Notes: generated from the letters alone by a model not told the origin. Counted from the stretch's first letter, positions 49,526 to 63,310 are shown. The stretch is DNA of 64,000 bases from Pristiophorus japonicus (GCF_044704955.1 NC_091993.1:16430001-16494000); one strand, 5' to 3'. A program made the numbers and translations.

Positions 49526-49658
49526 CACCTCTTGAAGACACTTGTTGGAAATACTGAACATGTGTTTGGCACGTCTGCAATATCTTCAAAGAAATTATTT
49601 CAACAAAGGCAAGGACAGTCATGTGTTCTTAAATTACAACATTGCTTATATAACTTAC

Positions 49659-49736
49659 AAGGTATGGTTTAGGATTAGATCCAGTTTGGTTGACTTGCCA
49701 AAGGCTCAGAAAACCTTCGCCATCTGCCACCCCCAA
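49659..49736 (-). CDS. DMXL2: DMXL2 exon LGVADGEGFLSLWQVNQTGSNPKPYL
   Basis: acag|TTG...CTT|gtaag, 78 bp, phase 0/0. Confidence 0.94.
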
Positions 49737-49911
49737 CTGTAAGGGGGAAAAAAAATCACTTTAATAAGACATTCATGAAAGAAACAATTTTACTGAAACC
49801 TGTTTTTTTCTGGCTACAGCTTTCTTTATAGAAAAAAAAAATATTGAATGGCGTATCCAGCAGTGTAGTAAAATGGTGCGTGTTTTAACCATCAAAGAAC
49901 AGAAACACAAT

Positions 49912-50607
49912 GGCCCTGATTTTGCAGTCAGTGGCTATGTAATCGCGCTTGCTGCTGACATCGAAGAAAGCTGCACACAAAGATCTAGTGATCTCTGTAG
50001 CATCGATTTCACCTCTCCTGACGTTAATTTGAATCTGATGCCAAGTCTAAGGGATCTCCAGTGTCCAGCAACAGTGATGTCATCAAGCTAATTAAGCAGT
50101 CAATTACACTTAAGAATTCTCAGACAGCAAATCACACTTTTTAAATCATTTTACAGAGAGCGAAATAAAGATTGGGACATACACGAGATTAAGGTAGAAG
50201 CTGAAGTATCAAACAAACTTAAAAAAAATATATATATTAAAAATCATGGAATTTTTATCTTAATGGAAAAATTTTATATTCCACAAATAAAATTAGTTTT
50301 TCAGGGCCAGAACGGTTGTTCAGCAGTAATTATGACTGAGTATGCCATTAAAAACTCAATTATACCTCATTCAACAAGGTTTAACATTTTCAGGAATTTT
50401 TAACAGCGATATTCCAGCATAAAAGGGGAAGTCTTCATCGATTGATTGCCGGCTCCGGTGGAGGAGCAAGGAATGACTGACAGCAACTTCTGGATTTCCG
50501 TGTTTAACTGCGTACGTGCGTACTCCAGAAGCTGTTATCAGATTCAAAGTTATAATGATGGCGAACGCTGACAGTTTCGCCGTCAATACAACCGCAAATT
50601 CCGGGCC
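49912..50607. mobile_element. Harbinger-like MITE
   Basis: ggccctgattttgcagt / accgcaaattccgggcc termini with extended subterminal inverted similarity. Confidence 0.65.
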
Positions 50608-51848
50608 ATAATCTAATAGTTTGGTCATGTTAACAGAATAAATGCTATATTCTTTAAGAGATCTTTTACATTTCTTAAACTTGCTGGTATTGATTTACAT
50701 TCAACATTTATTAGAAGTTAGAAGAGTTCTGTTGAAATTCATGCTGCTGTGAAGTAAAAGAATAGCAAAGTCAAAGTGGCTGAATGGAGAATAAAGAAAA
50801 GCAAAAATGAGCTGATCCTGAATACTTCTGTACACCACAGTCTCAATCTAAACTTCTCTAACTACAATGTGGGCAAAACATGCAACAATTGCACCAATAT
50901 TTAAACCAATGCTAAATTCTGGTGAAAACAATTCAAGTATTAGGAATCAGTGAAGATTAGTTTGAATACATCAGGATGGACATCCTGAAGCTTGATGAGC
51001 ATTGAGTGTCATCTGCTGCCTGAACAGCTGTCCGTGTTAAACAATGGCGCTCTCAATGCGTTCGCAAGAGGCCCAGCGAAGGACTCAATCAGCTTTGTGC
51101 TTATCTAGGTTTCTCAGTTTTAAAATTTCTCCGCAGTGTTCCAACATCTCATTTAGTACATCCAAAGAATTGTTTGCAAATAGCTACTGGAAAACATTTC
51201 TTCCTCTTTTCATTCTTCACTTTCCTTTTTGTTCTTTTATATGGTTTCAAGAAAAAAAAGTTAGCTCTCCATGTCATAATGTACCAATACCATTGTTTAT
51301 TTGCATAGTTGACCATTAAAAAACCGACATGAATAGCCTGGCATACTATATGAGGATAACATTTGGGTAGTACAAAGAATCTGGATGTCAACCTTCAGAA
51401 ACAGAACCTGGCTGAAGTGGCTAATAAAGATGACAAAGCACAACCTGCATTCACAGTAGAATCTCCAAGAAAGGCAAATGCTAAATCATTCAAATGTACA
51501 GTATCCCACATAAACTCAAATTTCACCACTCAGAGAAATGGAGGAGGACCTGCAGTTAGAACACACTTAATCATGCTCCAAATCCAACCATTCTGAGCAA
51601 CAACCTGGGAAGACACAAAGACCACAATTAACTTTGTCTATCTCTAGACATGTCACCTTGCCTGGCCAGTAATAGGGCACCCTTCTCCTCAATGGCATAC
51701 TGATTTATGTACCTAGGAGCTAGCAACAAGGTGCACACCCGAGACACTAGATTGGACCAGCAAGCTTAAAAAAAAAAACTGGTCCTTCACCTCTGGGACC
51801 TGGGTCCAAATGGAATTAAAGTCTTTATCAGCTGGCTGTAAAGATAAT

Positions 51849-52454
51849 GGGATGGATTTTCTGGTCCTTTGCACTCCGGGTTTCGCCCCAGAGTGGTGTG
51901 AAAGGCGGCATTCAGGTCTCCTGCGCCCCGTCACGATCCTCCGATCCGCTTTTGCGGTGGCGTTAAGCAACACCGCCGGGAAGAGCTGCGCTGGGTGTGC
52001 AACGCCTCTCATTGCAACACCGGCAGTACTTTGGACTTTTGCCCGATCCGTCACTCGGATGTGCACCCGCAATGACCGCCGGCGGCGGTGAGGAAGGTCA
52101 AGTACTCCGAAGGCAAGTGCGAGTGTTTGTTCTTTTAATTTAAAAAAAAAAACTGTTTTGTGTTGTGTTGGCGTGGGCAATGTTCTGGGAATGTTTTTGT
52201 GGGGTGTTTTTAAGGTTTACCCCCCTCCCCCACCCACCCAGGCCTCGGAGCACATACGGCCTAGCACTTTAGTTCGCGAGTTTCCCATTTTTGCGCCACG
52301 AAAAGTGTACAATGCCTCCCTTCGCGCTGCACCCTCTGACGCAGGGTCCAGATGCCGAAACTTCCTTACCAAAGTACAAACTATTCCCAACCTGTAACTT
52401 TCCCGACCCGCCTCCGATTTCGCCTCGAAAACAGAAAAGCCTAAAATCCAGCCC
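51849..52454. mobile_element. Harbinger-like MITE
   Basis: gggatggatttt / aaaatccagccc TIRs; flanks aat/aac; CpG-rich body. Confidence 0.7.
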
Positions 52455-53246
52455 AACGACTGAAGTGGTCTCAAATCAGTTTCTAGTGGAAATGAGCCCA
52501 GCACAAAGCTATAGACTAATTTGGCACTGAATTGGTAATCAAAAGCCATAGGATGGTTGGTGAGAGAAATGTGAAAAGATCCCAACAGGAATTGGAACTT
52601 GATTACTAAAAGAGTGGACAGTGCATAGAACAGATTAGCGGCGGGTGTGGTGGAACAAGCAACTTTAATGGGTTTCAAGAAGGAATTAAACAGATTCTTG
52701 TCAACAAATGGATTCAGAATTATTGAAAATGCACGAAGGGAATACTGTAGACAGGTGGGCTAGTTAGACAAAAGGTCTTCTCCTGCTTAAAACTTTTACT
52801 GTGTTACTTTTGAGTCTGGAGTTGAGGCTCATTGTTAGAAAACAGTAGAGTGAACTTTATTCATCTAAACGCATTATAGTTATCCTGGGAATGCTGACAC
52901 TGGGTGCCCAGAATGTAAGCATCAACATCCCACACACACAAACGGACCACACAGTGATGTTGAGGAACAGCAATAAGAAAAGGACTAATGGATTACATAC
53001 TTCCTGTTCTCTTAAGTATGTTACAGTGCCATATTGTGTTCAGAACAAGGTACTGCAACAGGCAAGGCTGGAAATTAGCATTTTGTTTGGTGTAAAGAAC
53101 TGAACAGAGAGCACAAAAATGAAAAAAAAAGCTTTAAAATAGACAAAAGAAACCTGAATAGGTTGCTTTTGGACTTGAAAAACTAATTTTAATTAAACCT
53201 GTGGGGTGGGAAAAACATTTTACACTGAAAATAATCCCTCACCCTC

Positions 53247-54660
53247 AACAATTTGCATTTATATAGCACCTTTAACATAGTAAAACGTTCCAGGGCGCTT
53301 CATGGGAGCGTTAACAAACAAAATTTTATACCGAGCCACCCAAGGAGAGATTAGGATAGATGACCAAAAGCTTGGACAAAGAGGTAGGTTTTAAGAAGTG
53401 TCTTAAAGGAAGAGAGTAAGGTAGAGGCGGAGGGGTTTAGGGAGGGAATTCCAGAGCTTAGGGCTTAGGCAGCTGAAGGCACAGCCGCCAATAGTGGAGC
53501 GATTAAAATCAGGGATGTACAAGAGGCCAGAATTGGAGGATCGGAGAGATCCCGAAGGCTGGCGGCAAATACAGAGATAGGGAGTGGCAAGGTCATGGAG
53601 GGAGTTGAAAACAAGGATGAGAAATGTAAAATTGGGACATTGCCAGACCGGGAACGAATGTAGGTCAGTGAGCATGGTGGTGATAGTTGAACGGGACTGG
53701 GTGCAAGTTAGCAGAGTTTTGGATGAGCTCAAGCTTATGTAGGATAGAAGATGGGAGGCCGCTCAGGAGAACATTTGAACAGTATAGTCTAGAGGTAACA
53801 AAGGAATAGATGAGGGTTTCAGCAGAAGATGAGCTAAGGTGGGGCAGAGTCGGGCGATGTTACGGAGGTGGAAGTAGGCAGTCTTGGTGATGGCGTGGAT
53901 AAATGGTCGAAAGCTCATATCGGTGTCAAACAAAACGATACCAAGGTTACAAATGGTCTGGTTCAGCCTCAGATAGTTGCCAGGGAGAGGGATGGAGTCA
54001 GTGGCTAGGGAACGGAGTTTGCGGTCAGCGGGGACCAAAGATAATGGCTTCGGTCTTCCCAATATTTAGTTGCAGAATATTTCTGCTCATACACTACTGG
54101 ATGTTGGACCATCTGCGTGACAAATCAGAGACAGTGGAGGGGTTGAAGAGGTGGTGGTGGTGAGGTACAGCTGGGTGTCGTTGGCATATATGTGGAACCT
54201 GACGCATTTACGGATGATGTCGCCACGGGGCAGCATGGAAATGAGAAATAGGAGGGGCCAAGGATTGATCCCTGGGGGGCTACAAAGGCAAAGGTGTGGG
54301 AGCAGGAAGAGAAGCCATTGCAGGTGATTATCTTGGTACAACTAGATAGATAAGAATGGACCCAGGCGAGGGCAGTCCCAGCCAGCTGGATGACGGAGGA
54401 GAGACGTTGGAGGAGGATGGTGTGATCAACCGTGTCAAAGGTTGCAGACTAGTCAAGGAGGATGAGGAGTGATAGTTTACAGTTACATAGAATGCCATTT
54501 GTGACCTTGATAAGGACTGTAAACTTGATTGGAGCGATTCAAACATGGTGTTGCAGAAGAGATGAGCATGGATTTTGGGAGTTCCAACAGCTCAAGGACT
54601 TTGGAGAAGAAGGTTGGAGATGGGGTGGTAGTTTTCAAGGAGAGAGTGGGTTTTTTGAGG
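53247..54660 (-). mobile_element. L2-clade LINE fragment (RT plus 3' end)
   Basis: FH.YA.DTQLY, TKTAYFHLRNIARL and PKLWNSLP motifs; tail ggtgctatataaatgcaaattgttg. Confidence 0.87.
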
Positions 54661-56454
54661 AGAGAAGTAGTGTTTCCTTTAAGTTATCTTAGTTACAGAT
54701 ACTGGCCTAGAAATTGGAACCTTTTGCATCGGCCGTTAAGGCCAGTTTTGAAGAAAAAAATAGCAGCTGCCTCGCTTCCACCCTCTTCCGGCGCAGAACG
54801 CGGCAACTGCCATATTGGGTCGTTCCGCCGCGCTGCCTGCGCTCGTCTCAAATATTTTAACGATCAAAAGCGTGACGTCAATCGGCGTGCAATTTTGGAC
54901 ACTGATGCTCCTTTTACTGCCCTCTCCAAAGCAGCCCGTGCGTGCAGCCGTTACCAGAGTGTAGACTCAGGAGAAAGCGGCGGAGTCGTCAATAACTATG
55001 CAGAGTATGTCCAGTCCAGTGAGATGGCTCATGGTCATTACTGCAGGAAGACATCAGCAGATTGAATGCCTGTTCTATATACATTACATGCCAGCACTCA
55101 ATTGGAGCAGGTCAGTGGGTTCTGGCACGTAATGTGTACAGAACAGCATATGGTTACAAATAGTCTGGGGAACTTGTACTGTATTCTAAAGGCCTGATCC
55201 ATTACTGTCGGTCAGTTGTGTAACACAAGACATACATTTATACTCTAGATTTTCAAATCTTTCTAATAAGCGCATGCAGTTGTGTCAGTAAACTGTAAAT
55301 GAAACGATATTTGGGCTTTATAACTGTTTATTATTGTTCCATACATCGGTATTGAATATGCATCCTGGTCCTCAGAAGTAACAGGTGTGTGCTTATTACA
55401 ATGAAAGGAGACTGAACGACTTTTTCTTGTTTCTGAAGGAATTTGTAAATCTGCATTTACTCGTATCGATACTCAGGTATGCAGGGTAGCCAGTAAACCT
55501 TTCACATCTCTTGGTCTATTCAGGGAGGAATCATGGATCACCTATGCCGGCTCTGACATCCAGTATTGCAAACAAATCTTCCAATTCCAGTACACCATTG
55601 TCCTTGCAAAATGCTCATCTGGATTGCTTTCTAGTGAGATATACTCCTAAAATGACTTATAGTGAAAAGCCTCTGTAATAACAAAGATTATTCACTATGT
55701 CTATTAAAAGAATAGATTGCTTTTATTTGTATTCAAGGGCGTAGAATCGGAAATATTGTTTGCATTCTTCTAAATTGCAGAGATTAGTGTATTTGTAGGC
55801 TTTGATTTATCTCTCTGTCAACCTACAAAACACGAGAAACATAACCGGAAACGTTGCAGTTCACTTCAATAAATTGCGATTTCCTGTAACGCTGCACAGA
55901 TCTTTGACCTCCTGTTGATCGTACCGCCTGAAAGAGCGCAATGCACGCAAGGTTCTGCGCTGCGCTCATTTAAAGCAGCAGGCAGCACCAAAACAACAGT
56001 GCGGGCGAGTGTTAACCTTGGCCCACGGTGGCACCGCACGTTTTCGGGCTTTATCGAATTTCTGGGCTAATATCTTTGGGGTGAAGGACAATTGCGATTG
56101 CCCTTTAGATTGTACATTGATATGCTGTAACATTTTCAACCATTCTTGTCCCTTCAGCCACTGAAAATCATTACCATTGTGGCAGCAATTTAAAAATAAT
56201 CAACTGGCCAGGAAGCTGAATCCCCTGGGTACAGCAAATACAGGATCTTCAACTGGGTTGGAATGCATACACATAAAGGAGACCAAATGATTTTCTGTCC
56301 ATTAATTTGAATAGATGAATAATTGGCTGGGCCTATATGGGTGTGCGCTCCGCCCTGCCTGATTTTTCTGTATTTGCTGCGTCCAGGTTCACAACCAGAA
56401 AATTGTACCCTCTAAAATGTGAAAGTTTTCCAACAACTAGAACTTTAAGCAAAA

Positions 56455-56760
56455 CATGGCTCAATGGTAGCACTCTCGCCTCAGTCAGAAGGTTGGGTGT
56501 TCAAGTCCCATTCCAGAAACATGAGCACATAATCCAGGCTCATACACCAGTGCAGTACTGAGGGAGTGCTGCACTGTTGGAGGTGCCGGTTTTTAGATGA
56601 GACATTTAACTGAGGCCGTACTTGCCCTCTTAGACGCACGTAAAAGATCCTATGCCACAATTTGAAGAGCGTGGGACCTTGCTGTACATAAATTGGCTGC
56701 TGTTTTTCCTACATTCCAACTGTGACTACAACGCTTTGTGATGTCCTGAGATTATGAAAG
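56455..56760 (+). mobile_element. Deu-domain SINE, internally deleted
   Basis: Head gttcaagtccc and cagtgcagtactgagggagtgctgcactg core. Confidence 0.75.
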
Positions 56761-57850
56761 AATTATAGAATCATACAGCATTCAAGGAGGCCATTCGGCC
56801 CATCGTGCCAGGTTTGAAAGAGTTATCTAATTAGTGTCACCCCCTGCTCTTCTTCCTTAACCCTGCAAAAGTGCTATTTAAATCCAATGTTGCTCTTTTT
56901 TTCTTTGAAAAAATGTTCCTTATAGTGTTTAAGTGGATCAAACTTCTAGCAAAAGCTAATTCTATATTGACTAATCCCTTTATAAAATAACTAGATAAAT
57001 ATCCGAGTAGGATTTGGACTGAAGTTTATAAAGATGCATATATACTGAGATGATCAAATACTTATAGGAAATAATATCCAGAACGGGAGGGGCCGGGTGG
57101 GTAGACCGCGGGAAACCCAGATTGACAGGCTGGCTTCCAGTTGGGTGGGAAACGCTGGACAGGAGGCCGCAGACACAAGTAGGTGCGAGCCCCACGCCAG
57201 CAGGGGGAGGGGGTTCCGATCCCCGGGGGAGGGGGGATTGTTTCTATGGGGCGGGCTAATGGTGGGGAAGCTTGGGACGCTGAGAGTAAAAATTCCTACT
57301 TGTCCTGGCACACAAGGATTGCTCCCCGAGGCTGTCCTCGCCTCGCTGCAGCTAGGAGGCCAGGATCCACAGCCAGCCAGTTAAACCTGAGGCTTCGGAG
57401 CCTCATTATCATATTTAAAATGCCAATCCACCTCCTGGCAGTGGGATGGCTGCCCGCCCCATCCCGCCCCCATTAAACCCGGAAGTGGACAGGATTTAGA
57501 TTTTTAATACTTTAACTTCCCCCATGCTCCCAACTCATCGTTTCTTTTCAGCTTAAATTCTCCCCATTGGCTCTTCTGCTGCAAGGACTGTGGAAAGTAC
57601 ACCTTGGTGCAGTAACTGGCCAAAGCTGAATAATGTGTACTTGAATATTCTGCACTTTCACTTCAGTATCTTTGGAAAACCCTGGAAAAGATGTGCAGAA
57701 CCTTTTGCAAAAATTAAATAAATTGGGTAGAATGGTAGAGCAAATTTAACCAGGTCTGTGGAGGGAAAGGGCTGAAAGCTATATTTATTCCTTCATGCTT
57801 TATATTATTAAGTTAAATTATATTTTAGAAATGTTGCATGACATACTAAC

Positions 57851-57978
57851 CTTATTGCCTTGGGAATTGAAATAAAGTCGAGTAACCCTGGCATTGCCAG
57901 CTTGACGGAAACATATAACCTGCTGTGGCCGATTCCATTCAAACATTCGGACACTTCCATCTTGTGCACCTGTAAGAT
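57851..57978 (-). CDS. DMXL2: DMXL2 exon (Y)LTGAQDGSVRMFEWNRPQQVICFRQAGNARVTRLYFNSQGNK
   Basis: tcag|AT CTT...AAG|gttag, 128 bp, phase 1/0. Confidence 0.95.
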
Positions 57979-58719
57979 CTGATTGACATAATTGCAAAGA
58001 GTAGAATCTTAGTTCACGGGCTAATCAATACAAATATATAAAAATAAATTATTTTGGTGCTCAATAATTGATTATACGGCAAATTTTGAGAAGGCGCTAT
58101 ATAAATTCAAGTTCTTTCTTTCTCATCCAAGTTCTTTCTTTCTTTCTCAGCTGCCACATGTTCTATACGTTTACTTGGATAACAATAAAACGGGGCTTTG
58201 TAAATGAATAACATGTATATATTTTTTTAATGAATAGTCTCTCTCATGACCTTGCAGTGGGGAGCTGGGTTGCACACTGGTGTTTATCTGCAATGCAGGC
58301 AGATGAACTGGGAGGTGCAAAACTGAAGTGCTACAGTGGCAGGAAATTGCAATCACATTGTGACAGGTTCATGTACATAGTTTCCATTGTAAATGAAGGC
58401 ATAGGGATTTATAATGGGAAACAGTTGTCAGGTTTCTAGGTCAGAAAGACCTGCATGAAGTTACATATACATCGTTTTTTTATGACATAACAAATGATTG
58501 TAATCAGCTGGTTAAACATTTTTTTCACGTTAGTTTGTACTTGTTTTTTTCTCTTTTTATCCTTCTCTGCTGAAGATAGTAAATCAGCAGGAGTTTGACT
58601 CTTTTGGCGTTAGCAATACTGATACTTCGCCCAAGGATGGAGTATTATAGTTAGATCTAGAAGATGTCAATACATTACATAAACCTAGAACTTTAGTATT
58701 TTAATTCATGGCTAATATA

Positions 58720-59339
58720 GAGGCCGAAATTGCCCTCCACACAATTCAAATTAAATGATTATTCACCGCCTCAATCCATGGCGGAAGGTGGGTGGTGTCG
58801 TCAGCGCTGCGAGCTCTGCAGCCACTTTAGTGGCACACACTGGGCCACCTGGGAGGGCTTTGGCCGGGCCAGCGGTCCAGTACCCAAGGGGGGGGTGGGG
58901 AGAGCCAGGCTGCCTATTAGCAGCCCGGCCAAACCCATGATTGCCATTGTCGGGCGACTTCAGAGTCGGCCGACAATTAAAATAAAATGGCAGCCGCAGT
59001 GGTGCGCCCTCCCCTTTAAGGGCAGACGTGCCGCCCAGACACTGGCGGCTTTCCGCGGAAAAAGCTGTTGGGGGCACTGAGCAGTGGCGGCTCTGCTCCC
59101 ACGGGGGAATTTTCCTCGTGGGGCGGAAAGGGGTCACTGCCGGGTGGCAAGGGATTGGCGCATGCCCGATGCGGCGGGAACATGGGCGGAGCAGAAACTC
59201 GTTTCTGCCGTCCCCGGCCTGGGGGCAATTTCGGATGGGACAGCCCATCCGCCTGCCCCCCGGTCGGAAAAGCCTTACCGCCTCATTACCGGTTCTTAGA
59301 CAGTAATGGATCTTAAAGTGGGGGGCAATTTTGGTCCTC
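58720..59339. mobile_element. GC-rich MITE
   Basis: gaggccgaaattgccc / gggcaattttggtcctc termini. Confidence 0.65.
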
Positions 59340-59392
59340 TAGTATTCTCTGTTTTTATGCAGTGGTTGGCTCTAGTCTTTAGCAGAGATATT

Positions 59393-61022
59393 GGGCTCAA
59401 GTTTCCGCCTCAGTTGCTCCTGATTTTTTGGAGCAACTGGTGTAGAACGGAGTATCTTAGAAATTCAAATTCTCGGCATTTAGTTTGCTCCAGTTCTAGT
59501 CAGTTAGGACAGTTTCACTTTGGAACACCCACTTACGCCTGTTTTCAAAGTTTCGGCAGTGAAAACTTACTCCAAACTTAGAATGGAGTAAGTGAAGATT
59601 TTTGTACGCTCGAAAAAACCTTGTCTACACTTTAGAAAATCAGGCGTAGGTTACAAATCAGGCGTAGGGAATGGGGGGGGGGGGTTTAAAGGGAAGTTTA
59701 CAAACATTAAACACTTCAGTTTTACAAATAAAGAGCCATCATCAATAATAAATGATAAAAACATCAATAAATCAACTAACAAATCAATCAAAAAAAATTA
59801 AGAAATAATTTTTTTTTTTTAAATCAATAAAAACATTTTCTACTTACCGGCTGCAGCACCAGGAGCCCTCCAACAGCATGCTGGGATGCCCCCCCCCCAC
59901 TCCCAGTGTGTCTCTGTCAGTGTCTCTATCTCTCTGTCTGTGTGTGTCTCTCACTCTCTGTCTGTCAGTGTCTGTGTTTCTGACAGCGAGGGGAGGGGGA
60001 GGAGGTGGGTAGAGGGAGGGAGGCAGAGGGGGAGGGTGGGATGGGGGAGAAGGGGGAGGGAAGGGGGAGGAGAAGGGGAAAGGGGGGGAGGAGAGAAGAG
60101 GAAAGGGGGGGGAAGAGGAGAAGGGGAAGGGGGGGTAAGAGGAGAAGGGGAAGGGGGGGAAGAGGTGAAGAGGAATGGGGGGGAGAGGAGAAGGGGAAAG
60201 GGGGGGAAGAGAAGGGGAAGGGGGGGGAAGAGGAGAAGGGGAAAGGGGGAGAGAGGAGAAGAGGAAAGGGGGGGGAAGAGAAGAAGGGGAAAGGGGGGGG
60301 GAAGAGGAGAAGGGGAAAGGGGGGGGAGAGGAGAAAGGGAAAGAGAAGGGGGGGGAAGAGGAGAAGGGGAAAAGGGGGGGGAAGAGGAGAAAGGGAAAGA
60401 GAAGGGGGGGGAAGAGGAGAAGGGGAAAGAGAAGGGTGGGGAGAAGGGGTAGGAGGGGGAGGGGGGGAAGGAAAGGAGAAGGGGGGGGAAAGGAGAAGGG
60501 GTGGGGGTCGGGTCCGGGGTCCAGGGGGGCGGAGGAGGGAGGGAGCGCGGGTCGGGGGGGCCGGAGGGAGGTCGGGTCGGGGGAGGAGGGAGGGAGCGCG
60601 GGTCGGGTCGGGTCGGGTCAGTTCGGGTCGGGGGGTGATGGGGGGGGAAATGGAAGTCGAGTCGGGTCGGGAGGAAGCAGGAGCTGGGCGTGGGAGGCAG
60701 CCTTATGCACGCAGCCCCAGTGAGGCCATTCGGCCAGGGCTAGGGGCTGCGTGCTTCTGGTCCCTCCCACACAGTTTTGGGCGCCTGGAGCTACTGCATA
60801 TGCGCGCCCACTGTAGCGCGCGTGTGCAGAGGTCCCGGCACTGTTTTCAGCGCAGGGACCTAGCTCCGTCCCCCACAGCTCGTGCTGCGCCACGCCCAGC
60901 TCCAGAGGACCTGCAGGGAGCCGGAGAATCTGTAAGTTTTTTTTAGGCGCACTTTGTGGCGCGAAAAACGGGCATCCAGGTCGGGGCTGCGCCGTTCTAG
61001 GCGCGGCCCGAAACTTGGGCCC
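59393..61022. mobile_element. Non-autonomous Harbinger-like DNA transposon with an expanded GA-rich centre (about 59990-60500)
   Basis: TIR gggctcaagtttc / gaaacttgggccc; TSD att/att; left arm homologous to 28338-28700. Confidence 0.85.
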
Positions 61023-61108
61023 ATTGGGTTAGAAATAAGTTAAAAACGACTCAAAAGAAAAACAAACAATGAGAAACAGAATCAGTTTAATCTCATTTCA
61101 GTACTCAC

Positions 61109-61169
61109 AATACCGGTGAGCCGGATGGGAAGTCATCCTTTTCACATTGTTCAAGTTCCTCTTTATGAG
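61109..61169 (-). CDS. DMXL2: DMXL2 exon LIKRNLNNVKRMTSHPAHRY(Y), the most upstream DMXL2 exon found in the window
   Basis: ttag|CTC ATA...TAT T|gtgag, 61 bp, phase 0/1. Confidence 0.93.
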
Positions 61170-61559
61170 CTAAAATGAGGAAAAATACATTAGCCATTTA
61201 TAAAAGTAGCATCAGATTCAATTTTTAAAATGTCAATGTAGCATACAGAAAACAAATGCAATTGTGCACTTCATTGTCTTTGCATCAATATTTCTTCCAA
61301 ATAACCTCATGCTTATTTTAAAGGGAGAATTACAGCCATTTGTGTGGGTAAATACCATGTGCTTTTCATTCTACTGAGCAAAGCAGCTTATATTGGAAAT
61401 GATAAAGCTCATTTTGAAAATTTAAAAATGTATTGATTATTGTATTGATTTTATTAACGAGGAGAAATTGTTCTAGTACATTATCAAACACAAGGTACAA
61501 TTACCAAAATAACTTACAGTTGAGACATTGAAAGAAGCAAATATTCACATAATTATATT

Positions 61560-62300
61560 GGCCCTGAAATCGCGGCCTCAGCGGGTCCGCATGGAGTGCA
61601 CACGGACCAGAGGAGGCATCGCAAAAGCTGGTTTTCGGCACGCAATGTGCATGCGCCAAAAACCTGCTTTTCCGATCTGTCAAGTTCTGGCTTGACTGAT
61701 CCTCCGTATCGTCGGGAGAAGGACATTCGCATGGGCAAGATTGCGCTATTTGCCCATTTCTTGCCCAGCGAATGCCCTTCAAACACTTGCGCCTGGTAAA
61801 AGCAGGTGAATAGCCTACTTTTACCAGTGTAAGAGTTTTAAAACATATAAAAAACATAAAAAAATAAAATTAAAAAACACTGTTAAAAACCCTGTCCACT
61901 AGGGTAAGTTTATTTTAAACTTTAATTAAAACACTTAAAAAAAAATATATATTTTTTTCTAAAACATTTCATTAACTTTAATTTCAATGAATGTGATGTG
62001 TTTTTTTTATTTTTTATGTTGTGTTTGGGTGTTTGGGACAGGGGTGATGTTCTCATTGATAGTAATAGGAACTCGAAGTTACGGAGCTCCTATTACTATG
62101 AATGAGAATACTTCACCTTGATTGGGTGTCCAGGCCCACGTGACTCCAGCTCCTGTTACGTACCTACAAGACGTGAATGCGCATGAAGAAGAGACCTAAA
62201 ACCGGAATCGCTGATGGTTGCCTGAGCAAAAGGTAGGTGCGCATAACTTTTCTTCTTTTCAGGCGACCGCGCGTGGGAGGCCAAGAAATGGAATTTCAGG
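61560..62300. mobile_element. Harbinger-like MITE
   Basis: ggccctgaaat / atttcaggcc termini; arm shared with the elements at 34893 and 63079. Confidence 0.65.
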
Positions 62301-62531
62301 CCCAAAAAGAAAGGAGGTTAAGAGGGGGTCAACAGCAAAGAGGGGGTATGCAGAGCAAAGCTCAAAATATATTAAAAACAGTATACTTCAAATATATCAG
62401 TAAAAAAGAGCATTGTTAAATATGAAGTGGGTTCCCTGAGAGGAGAGGCTAGTGAGTTAGTAGGGGATAAATGAAAATATTTAACAAATCCTTTACATTT
62501 TTCTTTTAACTGATTCTGGATTTACCAAATA

Positions 62532-62992
62532 TCATCATCATAGGCAGTCCCTCGAGGCGAGGATGCCTTGCTTCTACGACAAAAAGGGATGAGTTCACAG
62601 GTGTTTCAATGAAGGACCTAATATTCCAGATCCCGAACTACATGTTGAAGGGTGGAAGATGCCTGTGCGTGGATTAAAAAAAAACGTGTGGTGGCCATTG
62701 CACACCAGCCACCACACGAGCTTGACAGAGCTAGGTCCAGTGGCAAGGATTACCCAAGACTAACTGGAGACCAGCTCTGCTGCACAGACCTAGTGCGCAC
62801 ACATATCGCAGTGTGGGCTGGCCCGTGCTGCCCATGGGCCCCTCGCCTCTTCTGGGCCCCAGATTCATGCCTCTCCTGGGCCCCGGTCACTTCCCTATAT
62901 GGACCCTCGCCGCTCCTTCGCCCTCCTGCAGAGGCACGCGGTGCTCCCTGTAGTGGTATGCCGCCACACACTGCTCCTGCCAATGGCCCCGG
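62532..62992 (-). mobile_element. Non-autonomous RTE-derived retroposon, copy C
   Basis: Reverse complement collinear with copy A; tail gagggactgcctatgatgatga. Confidence 0.78.
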
Positions 62993-63310
62993 TATACCAT
63001 ACCAAATATACTTCTCTTTTGTAAACAATTGGGGAGGAAGTAAATCCTAAATTGGTTAAAAACAAGATGGGAGATCATGGGCCATAATTTGCGGCCCCTA
63101 CGGGCACGTACGAGGTGCGCAAGCGCTTGTAGGGACCACGCAAGTTCCGGGGCTCGGCATGCATGCGCCAAAACCCGGTACTTGCCATCTGTCAAGAACC
63201 TTCTTGACAGATCACACGCATTGTCAGGAAAAGGGCCTCCACGGGTAGAGAGTTGGGCTATTTGCTCAACTTCTGCCCAGCTAATGCCTGTGACATTCTT
63301 ACGCCTGGTA

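Noticed and set aside
55150-55700. Balanced-composition sequence that looked like a decayed coding region
   Set aside because: No sustained frame or recognisable motif; cannot be supported without a search
59886-60946. Gly/Glu/Arg-rich ORFs up to 313 aa
   Set aside because: GA-rich low-complexity centre of a MITE; no collagen periodicity or exon context
40847-61169. Assignment to DMXL1 instead of DMXL2
   Set aside because: The C-terminal residues (TLKTRVLP...DIL, EHAKQSIFRNIGAGV) and adjacency to GLDN favour DMXL2
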